From Octopus sinensis (lineage: Eukaryota): DNA of 64,000 nt. The notes beneath the pieces are model-generated. The model was not told the DNA's origin and searched no databases. It saw only the letters and a program-made list of their open reading frames with translations. Within the stretch, counting starts at the first letter, position 1. Every line of letters begins with the position of its first letter. A program made the translations under genes and the position numbers. Positions 1 through 12,417 of this stretch are shown here, piece after piece. The DNA lies in the NCBI RefSeq assembly GCF_006345805.1, contig NC_043000.1:99572001-99636000 (forward strand), read 5' to 3'.

Positions 1-214
1 GAAATAGTGAATAAGTACATAATTTCTTCATGCACTCATATGTGGAGGTACCTACTTGAGAAGCAGAGCAACTTTCCAATAAGTGTAATGTGAAATCCCA
101 ATAGAATCTCTTCATTTTTATTTTCTCCATTCTCTTCAAATAGTATTTTGTTTTTAATTTCTAATAATGTTAAAATGACTCAAAAAATCTCTTGTGCCTT
201 TCTCAAATACGATA

Positions 215-519
215 AACGTCGCCCTTTACAAGCCTAGCCAGTCTCATGGGCTCGGTTTCTCGGTTTCTGTGGCGTATGTGTTCCCCCCAGCTGGACGGGA
301 TGCCAGTCCATCACAGCCTTACACAAGAAAGAGGAAGAGAGGGTGATAAAGTTGTGGCGAAAGAGTACAACAGAGGTCGCCACCACCCCCTACCGGAGCC
401 TCGTGGAGCTTTTTAGGTGTTTTCGCTCAATAAACACACACAACACCCGGTCTTGGAATCGAAACCACGATCCTCTGACTGCGAGTCCGCTACCCTAACC
501 ACTGGGCCATTGCACCTCC
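215..519 (-). mobile_element. tRNA-derived SINE, family A
   Basis: The minus strand begins GGAGGTGCAATGGCCCAGTGGTTAG (A box) and contains GGTTTCGATTCC (B box). It is collinear with copies at ~16.9, 35.9, 40.0, 46.0, 47.6, 48.5 and 58.5 kb. Confidence 0.85.
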
Positions 520-791
520 ACCCTTTCCCAAATAAATGAACAATAATTATATATATAAAACAAAAAAGGTAACACAATTCTCACTCCTCTTAGTGTAGTT
601 TGTTTTCAATGACCTACTATGGCAAAAAAAAAAAAATCTTTTTAATAAATTCAGATAGCAGTTTCCACCATGCCATCCTAATAGACATATAAATGTGTAT
701 ACACCTATATCTCGACAGGCACACAGGGGCACATTCATATATATGTATACAACCACTACTCACAACAAACTGTCCAAATAAATACACTTAC

Positions 792-893
792 AGTTGCATG
801 CGCTCATATAGAAAATAGTTCAAACAAGCCTCGTAGACTTGAAACATGCTTCAGGAGGCATGTGAGACATTCAAATGCAGGCATCAGAATGTT
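792..893 (-). CDS. candidate internal exon of an unidentified gene (interrupted frame)
   Basis: Minus strand has a pyrimidine-rich ...TGTTTCATTAG acceptor and a GTAAGT donor around 102 nt. Frame 0 reads NILMPAFECLTCLLKHVSSLRGLFELFSI then TGA. All three frames contain a stop, so it needs an assembly indel or is non-coding. Confidence 0.2.
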
Positions 894-1062
894 CTAATGA
901 AACACAAACACAGAAACAATACAAACATAATAACTAATGAAAATGCATACTTAACTTTTCTTTGTTCTTTTAAGAAGCAATTTGTGAAGGTAGAATAAGG
1001 TGCATTACACAAACTACCATGTAATGGCAAAAATTATTAGTTCTTGAGATAATAAAAATAAT

Positions 1063-2592
1063 AAGGCACATGGCCTGAAATTTTGGTTGAGGGAGTAAGT
1101 CGATTATATTGACTCTAGTGCTCAACTGGTACTTACTTTACAAATTCCGAAAGGATGAAAGGCTAAGTAGTCCTTTGCTGCATTTCAACTCAGAACGTGA
1201 AGGCAGATGAAATACCTCTAAGCATTTCACCTGGCATGCTATCTATAATAATAATAATAATCCCTTCTACTATAGACACAAAGCCTGAAATTTTGAGGGA
1301 GGAGACCAGTTGATTAGATCAGCCCGTGAAAGGATGAAAGGCAGTGTTGACCTCAACAGAATTTGAACTCGGAACGTAAAGGCAGATGAAATGTTGCTAA
1401 GTATTTTGCCTGACATGCTATTCTGCCAGCTTGCCACCTTTGGTTTCAAATTTTGCCACAAGGGTACCAATTTTGGGGGAGGGGATAAGTTGATTTCATT
1501 GACCTCAGTGTTTCACTGGTACTAATTTATTGATCTCGAAAGGATGAAAGGCAAAATCGACCTCACCGGAATTTGAACTCAGGACATAGTGACAGACAGA
1601 ATACTGCTAAGCATTTTGCCAGTGTGCTAATGATTCTGCCAGTTTGCTACCTTAATAATAATAATGATAATAATAATTTCAAATTTTGCTGCAAGGCCAG
1701 CAATTTTGGAGGAGAGGATGAGTTGATTACATCGACCCCAGTATTCAACTGGTACTTATTTTTTCGATCCTGAAAGGATGAAAGGTAAAGTTAATCTTGG
1801 TGGAATTTGAACTCAGAATGTAGTGACGGACAAAATGCCGCTAAGCATTTTGCCTGGTGCAGTAATGATTACACCAGCTTGCTGCCTTGTTAATAATAAT
1901 AATAATAATAATAATAATTATAATGATAATAATAATAATCCTTTCTACCGAAGACACAAAGCCTGAAATTTGAGTAGGGAGGGGATTAGTCAAATCGACC
2001 ACAGTATTTCACTGGTACTTAATTTATCAACCTTGAATGGTTGAAAGGCAAAGTCAACCTCAGCAGAATTTCAGCTCATAACTTTGAGACACAAAATGAT
2101 GCTATGCATTTTGCCCAGCATGCTCACAATTCTTCCAGCCCGCCACCTTAATTAATAATAATAATAATGGTTTACAAACTTTGCCACAAGGGCAGCAATT
2201 TTGGGGGAAGGGATGAGTTGATTACATTGACCCCAGCATTCAGCTGGGGCCTAATTTATCGACCCCGAAAGGATGAAAAGCAAAGTTGACCTCGGTAGAA
2301 TTTGAACTCATAACATAGCAATGGGCGAAATACCACTAAGCATTTTGTCCAGCTTGCTTACGATTCTACTAGTATGCTACCTTAATAATAATAATAATAA
2401 TAATAATCTTTTCTACTATAGGCACAAGGCCTGAAATTTTGGCAGTAGGGGATGAGTTGAAAAACAAAATCAATTTTGGTGGAATTTGAGCTCAGAACAT
2501 AATGGCAGACGAAATACTGCTAAGCATTTTGCCTGGCATGCTAACGGTTCTGCTACCTCACTACCTTCTATAATAATAATAATAATAATAAT
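1063..2592 (-). mobile_element. head-to-tail stack of seven family-C SINEs separated by (AAT)n
   Basis: Seven successive ~180-215 bp units share the core GAAAGGATGAAAGGCAAAGTCGACCTC...GGAATTTGAACTCAGAAC, all in one orientation. There are two tail types (order A,A,B,B,A,B,A), mostly joined by AAT runs. Confidence 0.9.
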
Positions 2593-3437
2593 ATGTATGT
2601 GTCTATGTCTCTATCTGTGTCTTTGTTCTTTCAAGACACAACATTGCAAATAAGCATCACCTTCATACAGATGTTGCTATCCATTTCCAAACTTCCATGA
2701 AAATCTGCTTCAACGAATTCCATAGTATCCATGTAAGCATGGCAAAGTGCACATTTAAAGATGACAATGATGATGATATAAATCAACAAATAAAAAAAAA
2801 TTTTAAATTGAAAGAAGTCAAAATAAATGAAAAAGTGGAGCTGAAAGCTTCATCTATCCATGATTTAGTTACATGTTTACCCATAATTATAGGTATTTCA
2901 ACCTTGTTGGAGAGACAAGACTATAGCTTAACTATGTTGTATAATTCCTATATTTAACATTACTACCCGACCAACATAAATTTACAAATTTGTTTTAGTA
3001 GATTATTTATTAGCATCATTAATTTAAAACATCTATTTCTCCATACGTAACTTTTGTCTAATTAATAACATATTTTTGGATAAGGTAGGATTCAGAAATT
3101 TTAATTTTATCTTTATTCTGTTTTGTTCTTATTTTATATTTATCGTATAAAACCCGACACTGAACGCCACTTTTTAATATATTCCTATTCTGTCTAGTGG
3201 TTGGGTGGTCTGTAGTTGAGCTAGCCTTGATAAATACTTTTTTTTCAAAATATTTCAACAATTTATTGTCTATGAAGTCATATATAAATAGGGAGACATT
3301 TACTTAAAATGGAATGCCAGACTTATTCATCAGTCACTCAGTGTGACTATTATAATGTTGGTTGTGTGCCATCCTTACTGACATATTCTGGATATTTTTG
3401 GTGCATTTTAGTACTAATTTACTTGCCTCTCCTCTAG

Positions 3438-3511
3438 GTAGATTACTACAATTTAAATGTGGCTGTTGCACAAGTGAAAAATACTGGAGTATTAGAGCAT
3501 TCCTACTAAAG
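3438..3511 (+). CDS. weak candidate exon (plus strand)
   Basis: TTGCCTCTCCTCTAG acceptor and 74 nt open as (G)RLLQFKCGCCTSEKYWSIRAFLLK, with a weak GTTATT donor. No family recognised. Confidence 0.12.
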
Positions 3512-4178
3512 GTTATTTTTTTTTGTTTACATACTTTTATATTGAAAATAGCTTTCGAAAATTTGTGAATTAACTTGTTATCATCGACATCACTGTTTTA
3601 ATGTCCACTTTTCCATGCTTGCATGGATCAGATAGAATTTTGCTGAGGCAGATTTTTCTATGGTTGGGTACTCTTCATGTTGCCAACCCTCATGTTTCGA
3701 AGCAAGGCTATATTTCTCCATGGCCAGACATGTTTTCACAGAAATACTGGAAATGAATGACACAGCTTGTGATCATGATGCTTATTCACATGCGTGCATG
3801 TATGCATATATATATATATATATATATATATGTATAATATATATACACATACATACTTAGATAAGTTTTAGCCAGTATTGATCCAGGACATGTACTTACT
3901 GACCAAAGCCTTGTGATAGGATTTGGTAGATGGAAACTGAAAGAAGCCTGTTGCATATATATATATCATAATCATTGTCATTTAACGTCTAATTTCCATG
4001 CTGGCATGGGTTGGACAGTTTGACTGAGGACTGGCAAGCTGGAAGGCTGCACCAGGCTCCAATCTAACCTGGCAATCTAACCTATTTCTGATATTTTTTT
4101 AATTCTTAACAAAAAGAAAAAACTAAAAAAAAAACAAGAATCCGTTTAATTTCACTTCCTTTTTAACCTCAAAATTAC

Positions 4179-4230
4179 AGGATTCCTGGCTTTCACCCAG
4201 GTGACCCAGGTTCGATTCCCTGCATGGGAA
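4179..4230 (+). pseudogene. 5'-truncated tRNA-Glu(TTC) relic
   Basis: AGGATTCCTGGCTTTCACCCAGGTGACCCAGGTTCGATTCCCTGCATGGGAA matches the 3' ~52 nt of eukaryotic tRNA-Glu (CCTGG/CCAGG anticodon stem, TTC anticodon, GTTCGA T-loop). The first ~20 nt, including the A box, are absent. Confidence 0.85.
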
Positions 4231-4240
4231 ATGTCCTTAA

Positions 4241-4632
4241 AGGTACAGACATGGCTGTGTAGTAAGAAGCTTGCTTCCTAACCACATGGTTCCAGGTTCA
4301 GTCCCACTGCATGGTACTTTAGGCAAGTGTCTTCAACTATAGCCTCGGGCTGACCAAAGCCTGGTGATTAGATTTAGTAGATAGAAACTGAAAGAAGCCT
4401 GTTGTGTGTGTGTGTGTTTGTGTCTGTGTTGGTCCCCCCATCATTGCTTGACAACTGGTGTCGGTGTGTTTATGTCCCCATAACTTAGCAGTTCAGCAAA
4501 AGAGACTGATAGAATAAGTACTAGGTTTAAAAGCAAGTCCTGTGGTCAATTTGTTTCACTAAAATCCCTCAAGGCACTGCTCCAGCATGGCTGCAGTCAA
4601 ATGACTGAAGCAAGCTAAAGAATAAAAGAATA
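4241..4632 (+). mobile_element. tRNA-derived SINE, family B (full length)
   Basis: Head AGGTACAGACATGGCTGTGTAGTAAG...GGTTCAGTCCCACTG, internal (GT)n and tail GCTCCAGCATGGCTGCAGTCAAATGACTGAAG. More than 10 related copies occur in the window. Confidence 0.9.
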
Positions 4633-5447
4633 ACAGAGAGGAAAAAAAAACACATTTCTGGTCAAGGTCGCTGGCGAAAGATGAAATTAGTTGCATGGAA
4701 TCACAGGACCCATATTGGTTCTTATAACTAAAACAACAAAAATAGAATTTACTTAGTTTGTCCTTACACAAATCAAGATGCTGTTGTTTAGTCCCAAACC
4801 AGACCTTAAGTTGATTTGTTGACCTATGAGCAAAGATATTCCAGGTTAGGGATACTTGTCTCTTTTACCTTTCACTATGTATTCTGGATTGCATTTAACC
4901 AAGATATCTAGTATTTTGAGAAAGCAGGGTGTGATATGAAGGAGATTCGTCTGTTATTTTTAGCATGTCCAGTGAATGCTTGGAGGTTCTCTCTCAGCTT
5001 GTGAAACACAAAAGTTATATAAGCCTGTATTTATAGTTGGCTGCTCAAAGAATAGTTTGTATAAACTTACTGTCAGAATAATTTGTGTGGCTTGATTATT
5101 GCATACAGGATTGCAGATCATAGAGATAACTATCATATAGTGTGGTCATACAGTCAGATACTATTACTTGAGTCATTTTGATAGGTCTCTAAGTAAGGCA
5201 CATGACTCTGGTTGTTTCATATTGTTTACTGGAAGCAAAGGCATCTTATTTAATTGACACACTACATTTTTTTGTTTGTTTTTGCTTTATTCGCTGGGTC
5301 TGGAGTAAGAGACAGTCGTAGTGCTTGTGGTCTTAACAAGTCCTCTTTGTATTTGATACTGTTTATGTTCTACTTAACCCCTTTGATAGGAAACTACCTG
5401 AGACTACCTTTGGTTAAATTAAAAAAAAAAAAAACTTCCATCAGTAT

Positions 5448-5640
5448 TTCATGTTAGTAAGGCAGAAAGCTGGCAGAATCGTTAGCATGCTGGAGAAAAT
5501 ACTTGGCAGCATTTTCATCCCTCTTTATGTTCTGAGTTCAGATTCCATTGAGGTTGCCTTTGCCTTTCATCCTTTTGGGGTTGATGTAATTGACTTAACC
5601 CTCCCACCAAACATATATCTACTGGAGAAAGAATTCTTCT
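5448..5640 (+). mobile_element. SINE family C
   Basis: AAGGCAGAAAGCTGGCAGAATCGTTAGCATGC head and GTTGCCTTTGCCTTTCATCCTTTTGGGG core, the reverse complement of the 1.1-2.6 kb units. Confidence 0.8.
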
Positions 5641-5644
5641 TCTG

Positions 5645-6204
5645 ATTATTATTATTGAGTGAGAGAGCAGTGCATGCCATCAAATGACACGGGGGTAAAA
5701 TATACGAAGCCCAGTACACCTATCATGACTACCCATCTGACAAGGGTAGACCAGGCACATGCATCACAACCATATGTGCGCAACATGATCTCATATCAAG
5801 ATAAACAGCACATGACCTTGCAGGTGGGGCCCAGTTAGAATTTTCTTCTGGTTGAGTAACCCATCCCACTCAAAAGGTCCCTGAACAAAGGTTATTTAAG
5901 GATGTTGAATGAAACACCTATGTTTCCATAGGTGAATTATTCAAACCCCAATGAACCCCTCTCAATACATGGCTATCATGCTCCCCCACTACTTCTGCTT
6001 GTGATCAGAGATGTACATATCAGCCACTAAGGGACATGGTCAACTGGTTATGGTCAAACAACTGACAAGCAAATCTGTAGTATTGAGCAGAATATTTGCT
6101 GTAGCCCATCCTTTTATACCAAGACAAAGCAATGTACGTGATAACACTTCCAATCAGTTAAGATCAGAAGCCACGTGAGCCACTGCCTTGTACCGCATCA
6201 GGGC

Positions 6205-6255
<51 letters not shown>
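5645..6255 (+). mobile_element. probable LINE 3' UTR fragment ending in (TTA)n
   Basis: A ~560 bp non-microsatellite segment ending ...GCATCAGGGCAT followed by a long (TTA)n tail, as in non-LTR element 3' ends. No ORF motif recognised. Confidence 0.4.
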
Positions 6256-6256
<1 letters not shown>

Positions 6257-6258
<2 letters not shown>

Positions 6259-6672
6259 GGTGGTGAACTGGCAGAATTGTTAGCATGCTAGGTAAAATGC
6301 TTAGCAGTATTTTGTCTGTCTCTATGTTCTGAGTTTAAATGCTATTTCTGTCTACTTTACCGTTCATCCTTTTGGAGGTTGATAAAATAAGTACCAGTTG
6401 AACACTGGGGTTGATGTAATTGACTTACTCTATCTAGCTCTGGAATTGCTGGCTTTGTGCCAAAATTTGAATTCAGTATTCCATGTTGGTAAGGCTGTGA
6501 GCTGGCAGAATCATTAGCAGGCTGGGCAAAATGCTTAGCAGCATTTTTGCCTGTTTCTATGTTCTGCATTGAAATGTCACTGAGATCGACTTTGCCTTTC
6601 ATCTTTTGGGGTTGATATAATCCAGTACCAGTTGAACGCTGGGGTCAAGGTAATTGATTTGCTTTGTTCCAG
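6257..6672 (+). mobile_element. two tandem family-C SINEs next to (TTA)n
   Basis: Two consecutive heads (AAGGTGGTGAACTGGCAGAAT and GTGAGCTGGCAGAATCATTAGC), each followed by the TTTCATC(C)TTTTGG core. Confidence 0.8.
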
Positions 6673-7264
6673 AAACCAATATTTATTATGATTATGGCTT
6701 ACAAACAGTTTATCATAATGTTACATTTAAAATTTTATAAGTTAACTATTTAAACAAACAGCAAATATTTTAAGAAAAGGAACTGTACAGTTGTATTTGT
6801 TGCTCCCTACTTTCTCCTTTGTCCCCAGTATGCATGTGAAATGTTCTAGTGTCACTCAGAGGGTGGTAACGATTGCTTAGAGAAGCACTGGTCTAAGATG
6901 TCGAAGTCTGTACGTGTAGCTGTAATACTTCATTACAGGCTTAGCAAAATGTCGCAGCCAGTCACCCTTTTCTTACACACTTAACAAAAGCTAGGCTGTC
7001 TTGTAGAATATAGTCCCCGATACACTAAGACTGCTACAAAAATGGGGCAAAGGTGGGGTTATAGTTACAGTTCTTTTGATTATTGACCTGCTTGGTCAAG
7101 GTTGGCATGAAGCTAAACAACAGCAACAACAACAACAACAACAGCATCTCATTCATTGAAGTAGAGAAAAATATAACCGAAAAAAAAAAAGGAATATTTT
7201 GAGTTGCACTTGTTGAGTCAGTGATTTGACCTTGTTTCTCTCATGGCAACTACCACACTCTTTC

Positions 7265-7514
7265 CTCTTTTATTTGTTTCAGTCATTTTGACTGTGGCCA
7301 TGCTGGAGCACCGCCTTTAGTCGAGCAAATCGACCCCAGGACTTATTCTTTGTAAGCGTAGTACTTATTCTATTGGTCTGTTTTGCAGAACTGCTAAGTT
7401 ACGGGATCGTAAACACACCAGCATCTGTTGTCAATCGATGTTGGGGAGACAAACACAGACACACAAACATATACACATACATATATATATATACATATAT
7501 ATATATAATATATA

Positions 7515-7562
<48 letters not shown>

Positions 7563-7727
7563 ATACATATGATGGGCTTCTTTCAGTTTCTGTTTACCAA
7601 ATCCACTCACAAGGCTTTGGTCAGCCCGAGGCTATAGTAGAAAATACTTGCCCAAGGTGCCACGCAGTGGGACTGAACCCGGAACCATGTGGTTGGTAAG
7701 CAAGCAAGCAACCTACCACACAGCCAC
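7265..7727 (-). mobile_element. SINE family B
   Basis: Reverse complement of the 4241-4632 element, with an internal (TA)n expansion. Confidence 0.9.
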
Positions 7728-7867
7728 AGTATAGTATTTACTAACAAAACATCCATATTTAAATATGGAGGGGGGGCACAAATATTATCTCGCAGTATTA
7801 ATGCTGCCTTTGTTGCTGGTATATATTTTTTTAAATAATGGCATTTTGGCCAAGTCATTCCCTAAGG

Positions 7868-8000
7868 CAGTCATGGGCAACTGCACTTTCAGGACTTTAA
7901 TGAAAAATGAAAAATTACCCTGAATATTTTTAGTATTGTGGGCCACGTTATAAGCCATTTCTCATGTGACCTACTTGTTGAAAAAGACAGCCCATGCCTG
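7868..8000. mobile_element. hAT-type MITE (133 bp)
   Basis: Termini CAGTCATGGGC...GCCCATGCCTG are inverted repeats. They are flanked by an 8-bp target duplication with one mismatch (CCCTAAGG at 7860-7867, CACTAAGG at 8001-8008), the TSD length typical of hAT elements. Confidence 0.7.
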
Positions 8001-9620
8001 CACTAAGGCCTCCATTGGTCAGCTTTAATTCTCTGTCTGTACATGGAAAGTTTCCCTCTAGCTTGCAGCATAATGTGTAATTCTTAGTCTTCCATAGTAA
8101 GAACCAGAGTTAATCATTACACTGATGTTGTCCAAGAGAAAGGTAAAGGCTTGATAAAGCTTGGTACCATTTGTTGTCATATGCATACTCAGAAAGTGAA
8201 AAGCCGGAATAAAACCTGCAAGATGTTTTGTTCAATGCTCTGTCAATTTTACTGATTGGCTACCTTGAATTGGGACTGTTATTTAACCTCTGAGAGATGA
8301 AAGACAAGACTGATCTCAGTGGGATTTGAACTTAAAACAGCTGGAATAACGCAGTAAAGCTTTCTGTCCAATAAGTCAATATTATCAACCTGCCACCACA
8401 TTCACACACACACAGAAAAAACATACATGCACACACATAGAAAGCATACATGTACATACACACACAGAAAAACACATACATGTGCACACACACACACACA
8501 CAAACAAAACACATACATAATCAAGATCTAGTTTCATTCTTAAACCTTAGAAAATGGATTTCTCCCATAATACATGAATATGACTCATTTTCTTGGTGTC
8601 TGCAGACATTTGGTTGAATTAACTAATATATCTGGAAAGAATTACACATGAAATTAGGAATATTTCTCCACTATTCATAAACAAAAATTCAGCTTCCATT
8701 ATCAGTTTGTGTGTGTGTGTATTTATTTATACATATTTGTATAGGCAACAGTGTGGCTGTGTGAATAGAGAGTTTACTTCTTGATCACATAATTTTTAGG
8801 GTCTTATTCCACAGCATAGTACCTTGGGCAAGTCTCTTCTGCTATAACATGATGCTAACCAATTCTTTGCAAGTCAAATTGGTTGACAGAAATAACTCTG
8901 TGTGTGTGTGTCTGTCTATCTCCCCAACCACCAGATATAAAAAATAAGTACTGGGTTTAATTTGTTTGACTAACTTCACTTTAAGAGTTTGTTGAGGTTA
9001 GTTCTGGTCCTGTCTCGAATGTGAGACTTAAGATGGATAAAACAGAATTGTGAGATGAAGAATCTAAAAAATATAACTTTCATTACAAGGCATGTCAGAA
9101 TTTTATGTTTGAAGAGTTGAGTCTGAAATAAATTTCTGATATTCTGAAAAATGTTCTGTTACTACATACTTCTGAATAAAATTGATCTATTCTGAGCACT
9201 GTTGAGATATTAGCAAGTTTACCATAACCACACTCAAGTGACTGAAACGGATAAAAAATAAAAGATATGCTCATTTGTGTGTGTGTGTGTGTGTGTGTTT
9301 GACAAAATTGGGGATAGATTAAGTACTAAAGAACTTCAGCATGTTTCAATTATAAAAGTACAACAATATTTTTACTACATAAACATTATCACTTGTTGAA
9401 ATATTGCATGATGGCAAAGTATAGCAGTGTAGTCTTAAACAGTCTGACTATGTTACATATACTTCTATCTTTTTATCCATCTCCTTTCTTATTCAGAAGC
9501 AGTATATACTTCTCTTTTCCTTCTTACATCTGCAGAGTGTGATTTGAATGAAAATTAGCTGCTTTTTCTAGTAAGCTCATTGACTGTATAGAAGATATAT
9601 AGGAAAACTTCCTCACCTAC

Positions 9621-9654
9621 CTTAAAATTTGGAATCACAGCGATGACGATAGCT
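9621..9654 (-). CDS. candidate 34-nt micro-exon
   Basis: Strong minus-strand sites: TTTTCTTTTCACGGGTGTTTTTAG acceptor and AAG|GTAGGT donor. Only one frame is open, (x)AIVIAVIPNFK, phase 2 to 0. Confidence 0.3.
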
Positions 9655-9713
9655 CTAAAAACACCCGTGAAAAGAAAATAGTTTTTAAGCTTTGAGACCA
9701 AATACAGTAATTT

Positions 9714-9931
9714 TCATGGGATTGCTGAAAAGTTCCAGGCTTTAAGGATATCGTGAAGGGCCTGGTTGGAGGCCCTACCTTCTGAGTTCTTTTACAGAAT
9801 GTAGAAAAAACTGAAAAACCACTGCAATAAGTGTGTGAATTTGAGAGGGGAATATGTTGAGAGGAATAATTAACCAATTCTCCTGTATTTTATTTTACCC
9901 AAAGCCACTAACATTTCAGCACTCCCTTGTA
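9714..9931 (+). mobile_element. mariner-derived MITE / deletion derivative
   Basis: Imperfect ~30-bp TIRs (ATGGGATTGCTGAAAAGTTCCAGGCTTTA and CAAAGCCACTAACATTTCAGCACTCCCTTGTA). They enclose KNHCNKCVNLRGEYVE, which resembles the mariner transposase C-terminus. Confidence 0.7.
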
Positions 9932-10129
9932 ATACAAGTTGCATAGCTATGAATTTATGAAAATTAAAAATTCATTTTTCATTCCTTAGCCTAGACACAT
10001 ACCTCTTATTTGCTCCTGTTTCTCAACTGGTTCCAGCCTCTCCCTCAGAGTGAAAGGCAGATTGTATGATGTCTATGTACATACAGCTATGTTACATTGC
10101 AGTGAAACATGGGCTTTGACTACAGAGGG

Positions 10130-10770
10130 CTCATGAAGGCTTGAAAGAAATGAAGCTAGCATACTTTTTCTGGATAGGTAATGTCAGTGTGCATGCATGA
10201 CAGAGTGTAAGTAATTTAAGAGGAAAACGGTGTGTAAGAGGCATCAGATGTTGTGTGCTGGTTTGGTCATGTGATGCGTATGGATGAGGACAGTTGCATA
10301 AAGAACTGCTGAGCTCTAATAGTGGAGGGTACTGTGGAAGGAGTAGCCCAGGAGGATGTGGGCTGAAGTGGTGAGAAAGGATCTTTGGATGCTGGGCCTC
10401 ACTGAGGAAATGACAAGGGACTAGGAAATACGATCTGCTGTACTTGATAATACACATGAAGCTAAGTAAAATCGCTGTCTTCCACACATACAGGCTTGTT
10501 CTTTGAGGTGCCAGTGCCACTTAAAGAGCACCTGTGACAGTGCTACATTGGCACACCCTTTCTGGTGCTGCATAAATGCACCTGTGATGGTGACATGTAA
10601 AAAGCACCCAGTACACTCTGTTACATGGTTGGCACTAGGAAGGGCATCCAGCTGTAGAAACCATACCACAACAGACAGTTGGAGTTTGGACAGCTCTCTG
10701 CTAGCCAGCTCCATGTCAAACCATCCAACCCACACCAGCATAATGAGTGGACATTAAACAATGATGATGA
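10130..10770 (+). mobile_element. RTE-clade LINE 3' end (decayed)
   Basis: Translates to LCWFGHVMRMDEDSCIKNC.., followed by the 3' UTR ending in (GAT)n, homologous to 24311-25120. Confidence 0.8.
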
Positions 10771-11171
10771 TCATGATGACAACTAGAAAAGAGTTTCCTT
10801 TCTTAGCTTGACTTATATGAAGTTTAGTAATGAAAAATAAGAAAAGCAGGCTATAAGTTTTATATCTGTATAATTGATGTTAAGAAGTAAAGAGAGAGAA
10901 AGATATTGGTATTGTTGACAATGGATATGATAAATGATTATTATTTTAGATCCAATGGAGCTTTGTTGGATTTCTGGATATGACACATAATTGTACACAC
11001 ATCCCTTTACATACATACATATTTGCAAATGTATGTGTGTAATTGTGTATAACTAAACGTGTGTATGTATGCATATATAAATATATATGCATATACATAT
11101 ATGCTCATTAATAAGTATACATACATGCATAAGCTCATTAATACACATGATAATAGATATAAGTGCATGGG

Positions 11172-11232
<61 letters not shown>

Positions 11233-11249
11233 TATATATATATGTATAT

Positions 11250-12204
11250 AAATACATGCATATATTTATTCAAACATACAAATGTGTGTGTCTATCATCA
11301 TCCATCTTCATTGTTTTGGCATCCACTTTTCCATGCAGACGGAATTCGTTGGGGATGATTTCCTGCGGCTGGATGCCCATTCTGTTGCTGACCCCCATCT
11401 ATTCCTAAGGATTGATATATTTTTCTATGAACAGACATGTTGTTATAGAAGACCACTTGTGAGATTGTGGCACTCATTCACAAGGAACATGTCATATTAA
11501 GACAAATCAGTAACACACACATATATACATATATACATGTTTACATGCATGCATATATGTGTGTATGGTAGGCTTCTTTCAGTTTCTGTCTACCAAATCT
11601 ATTTACAAGGCTTTGGTTTGCCCAGGGCTATAGTATAAGACACTTGTCCAAGTTGCCATGGAGTGGGGACTGAATCAAAACATGTAGTTGGAAAGCAACA
11701 CACAACCATGCATATGCCTTTACGTGTGCATGTATGTGTATATATGAATATATACATATGCATACACACACATGTGCACATATGTATGTTTGAGATGTGT
11801 GGCTACATGCATATATACATGCATGCATAATGTTATATCAGTAATGTACAAAGATAAAATTACCTTATTGAGTCATGCTGAACGACAAGGGCCAGTTTCC
11901 AGTTTCCATGGCGTATAAATTCTCCACCTGGATAGGATGCCAGTCCATCACAGAATTACTCATTTTTGCCATCACAGAATTACTCATTTTGAAGCAATGT
12001 GAAATGAATTGATTTGCTCAAACATATCACATCACCTGGTCCAGGAATCGAAACCACAATTTTATGATCCTGATTTCAACACCCTAACCAGTAAACCATG
12101 CAACTCCACTATAATGTACACTTTATTTATATTATATATATACATATATATAATATATATATAATATATATATATATCTATCATATATATATATATATAT
12201 ATTA

Positions 12205-12254
<50 letters not shown>

Positions 12255-12375
12255 CTATCTATATATATAGATATATATATATCTTCTATATATATATAGA
12301 TATTATATCTATCTATCTATATATATATATATATATATAGTATATATAATATAGATATATATAATATATTATCTA

Positions 12376-12417
<42 letters not shown>

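Noticed and set aside
56-893. TGA-as-Trp (numt or recoding) reading of the two frames interrupted only by TGA
   Set aside because: The peptides do not resemble mitochondrial proteins, the segments have spliceosomal-type borders, and TGA-only stops in short frames are common by chance.
975-989. Plus-strand 15-nt micro-exon with a textbook branch point and pyrimidine tract
   Set aside because: The donor (GTAGAA) is weak and there is no supporting neighbouring exon.
2650-2780. Minus-strand frame FKCALCHAYMDTMEFVEADFHG resembling a zinc-finger fragment
   Set aside because: Its 5' part is a decayed copy of the CATCATC..TTTAATGTCCACTTTTCCATGC RTE-tail repeat.
3182-3203. TCCTATTCTGTCTAGTGGTTGG as the missing 5' part of the tRNA-Glu relic (split tRNA idea)
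   Set aside because: Only ~11 nt match the A-box region, it is 1 kb away, and it cannot pair with the 3' acceptor strand. Chance similarity is likely.
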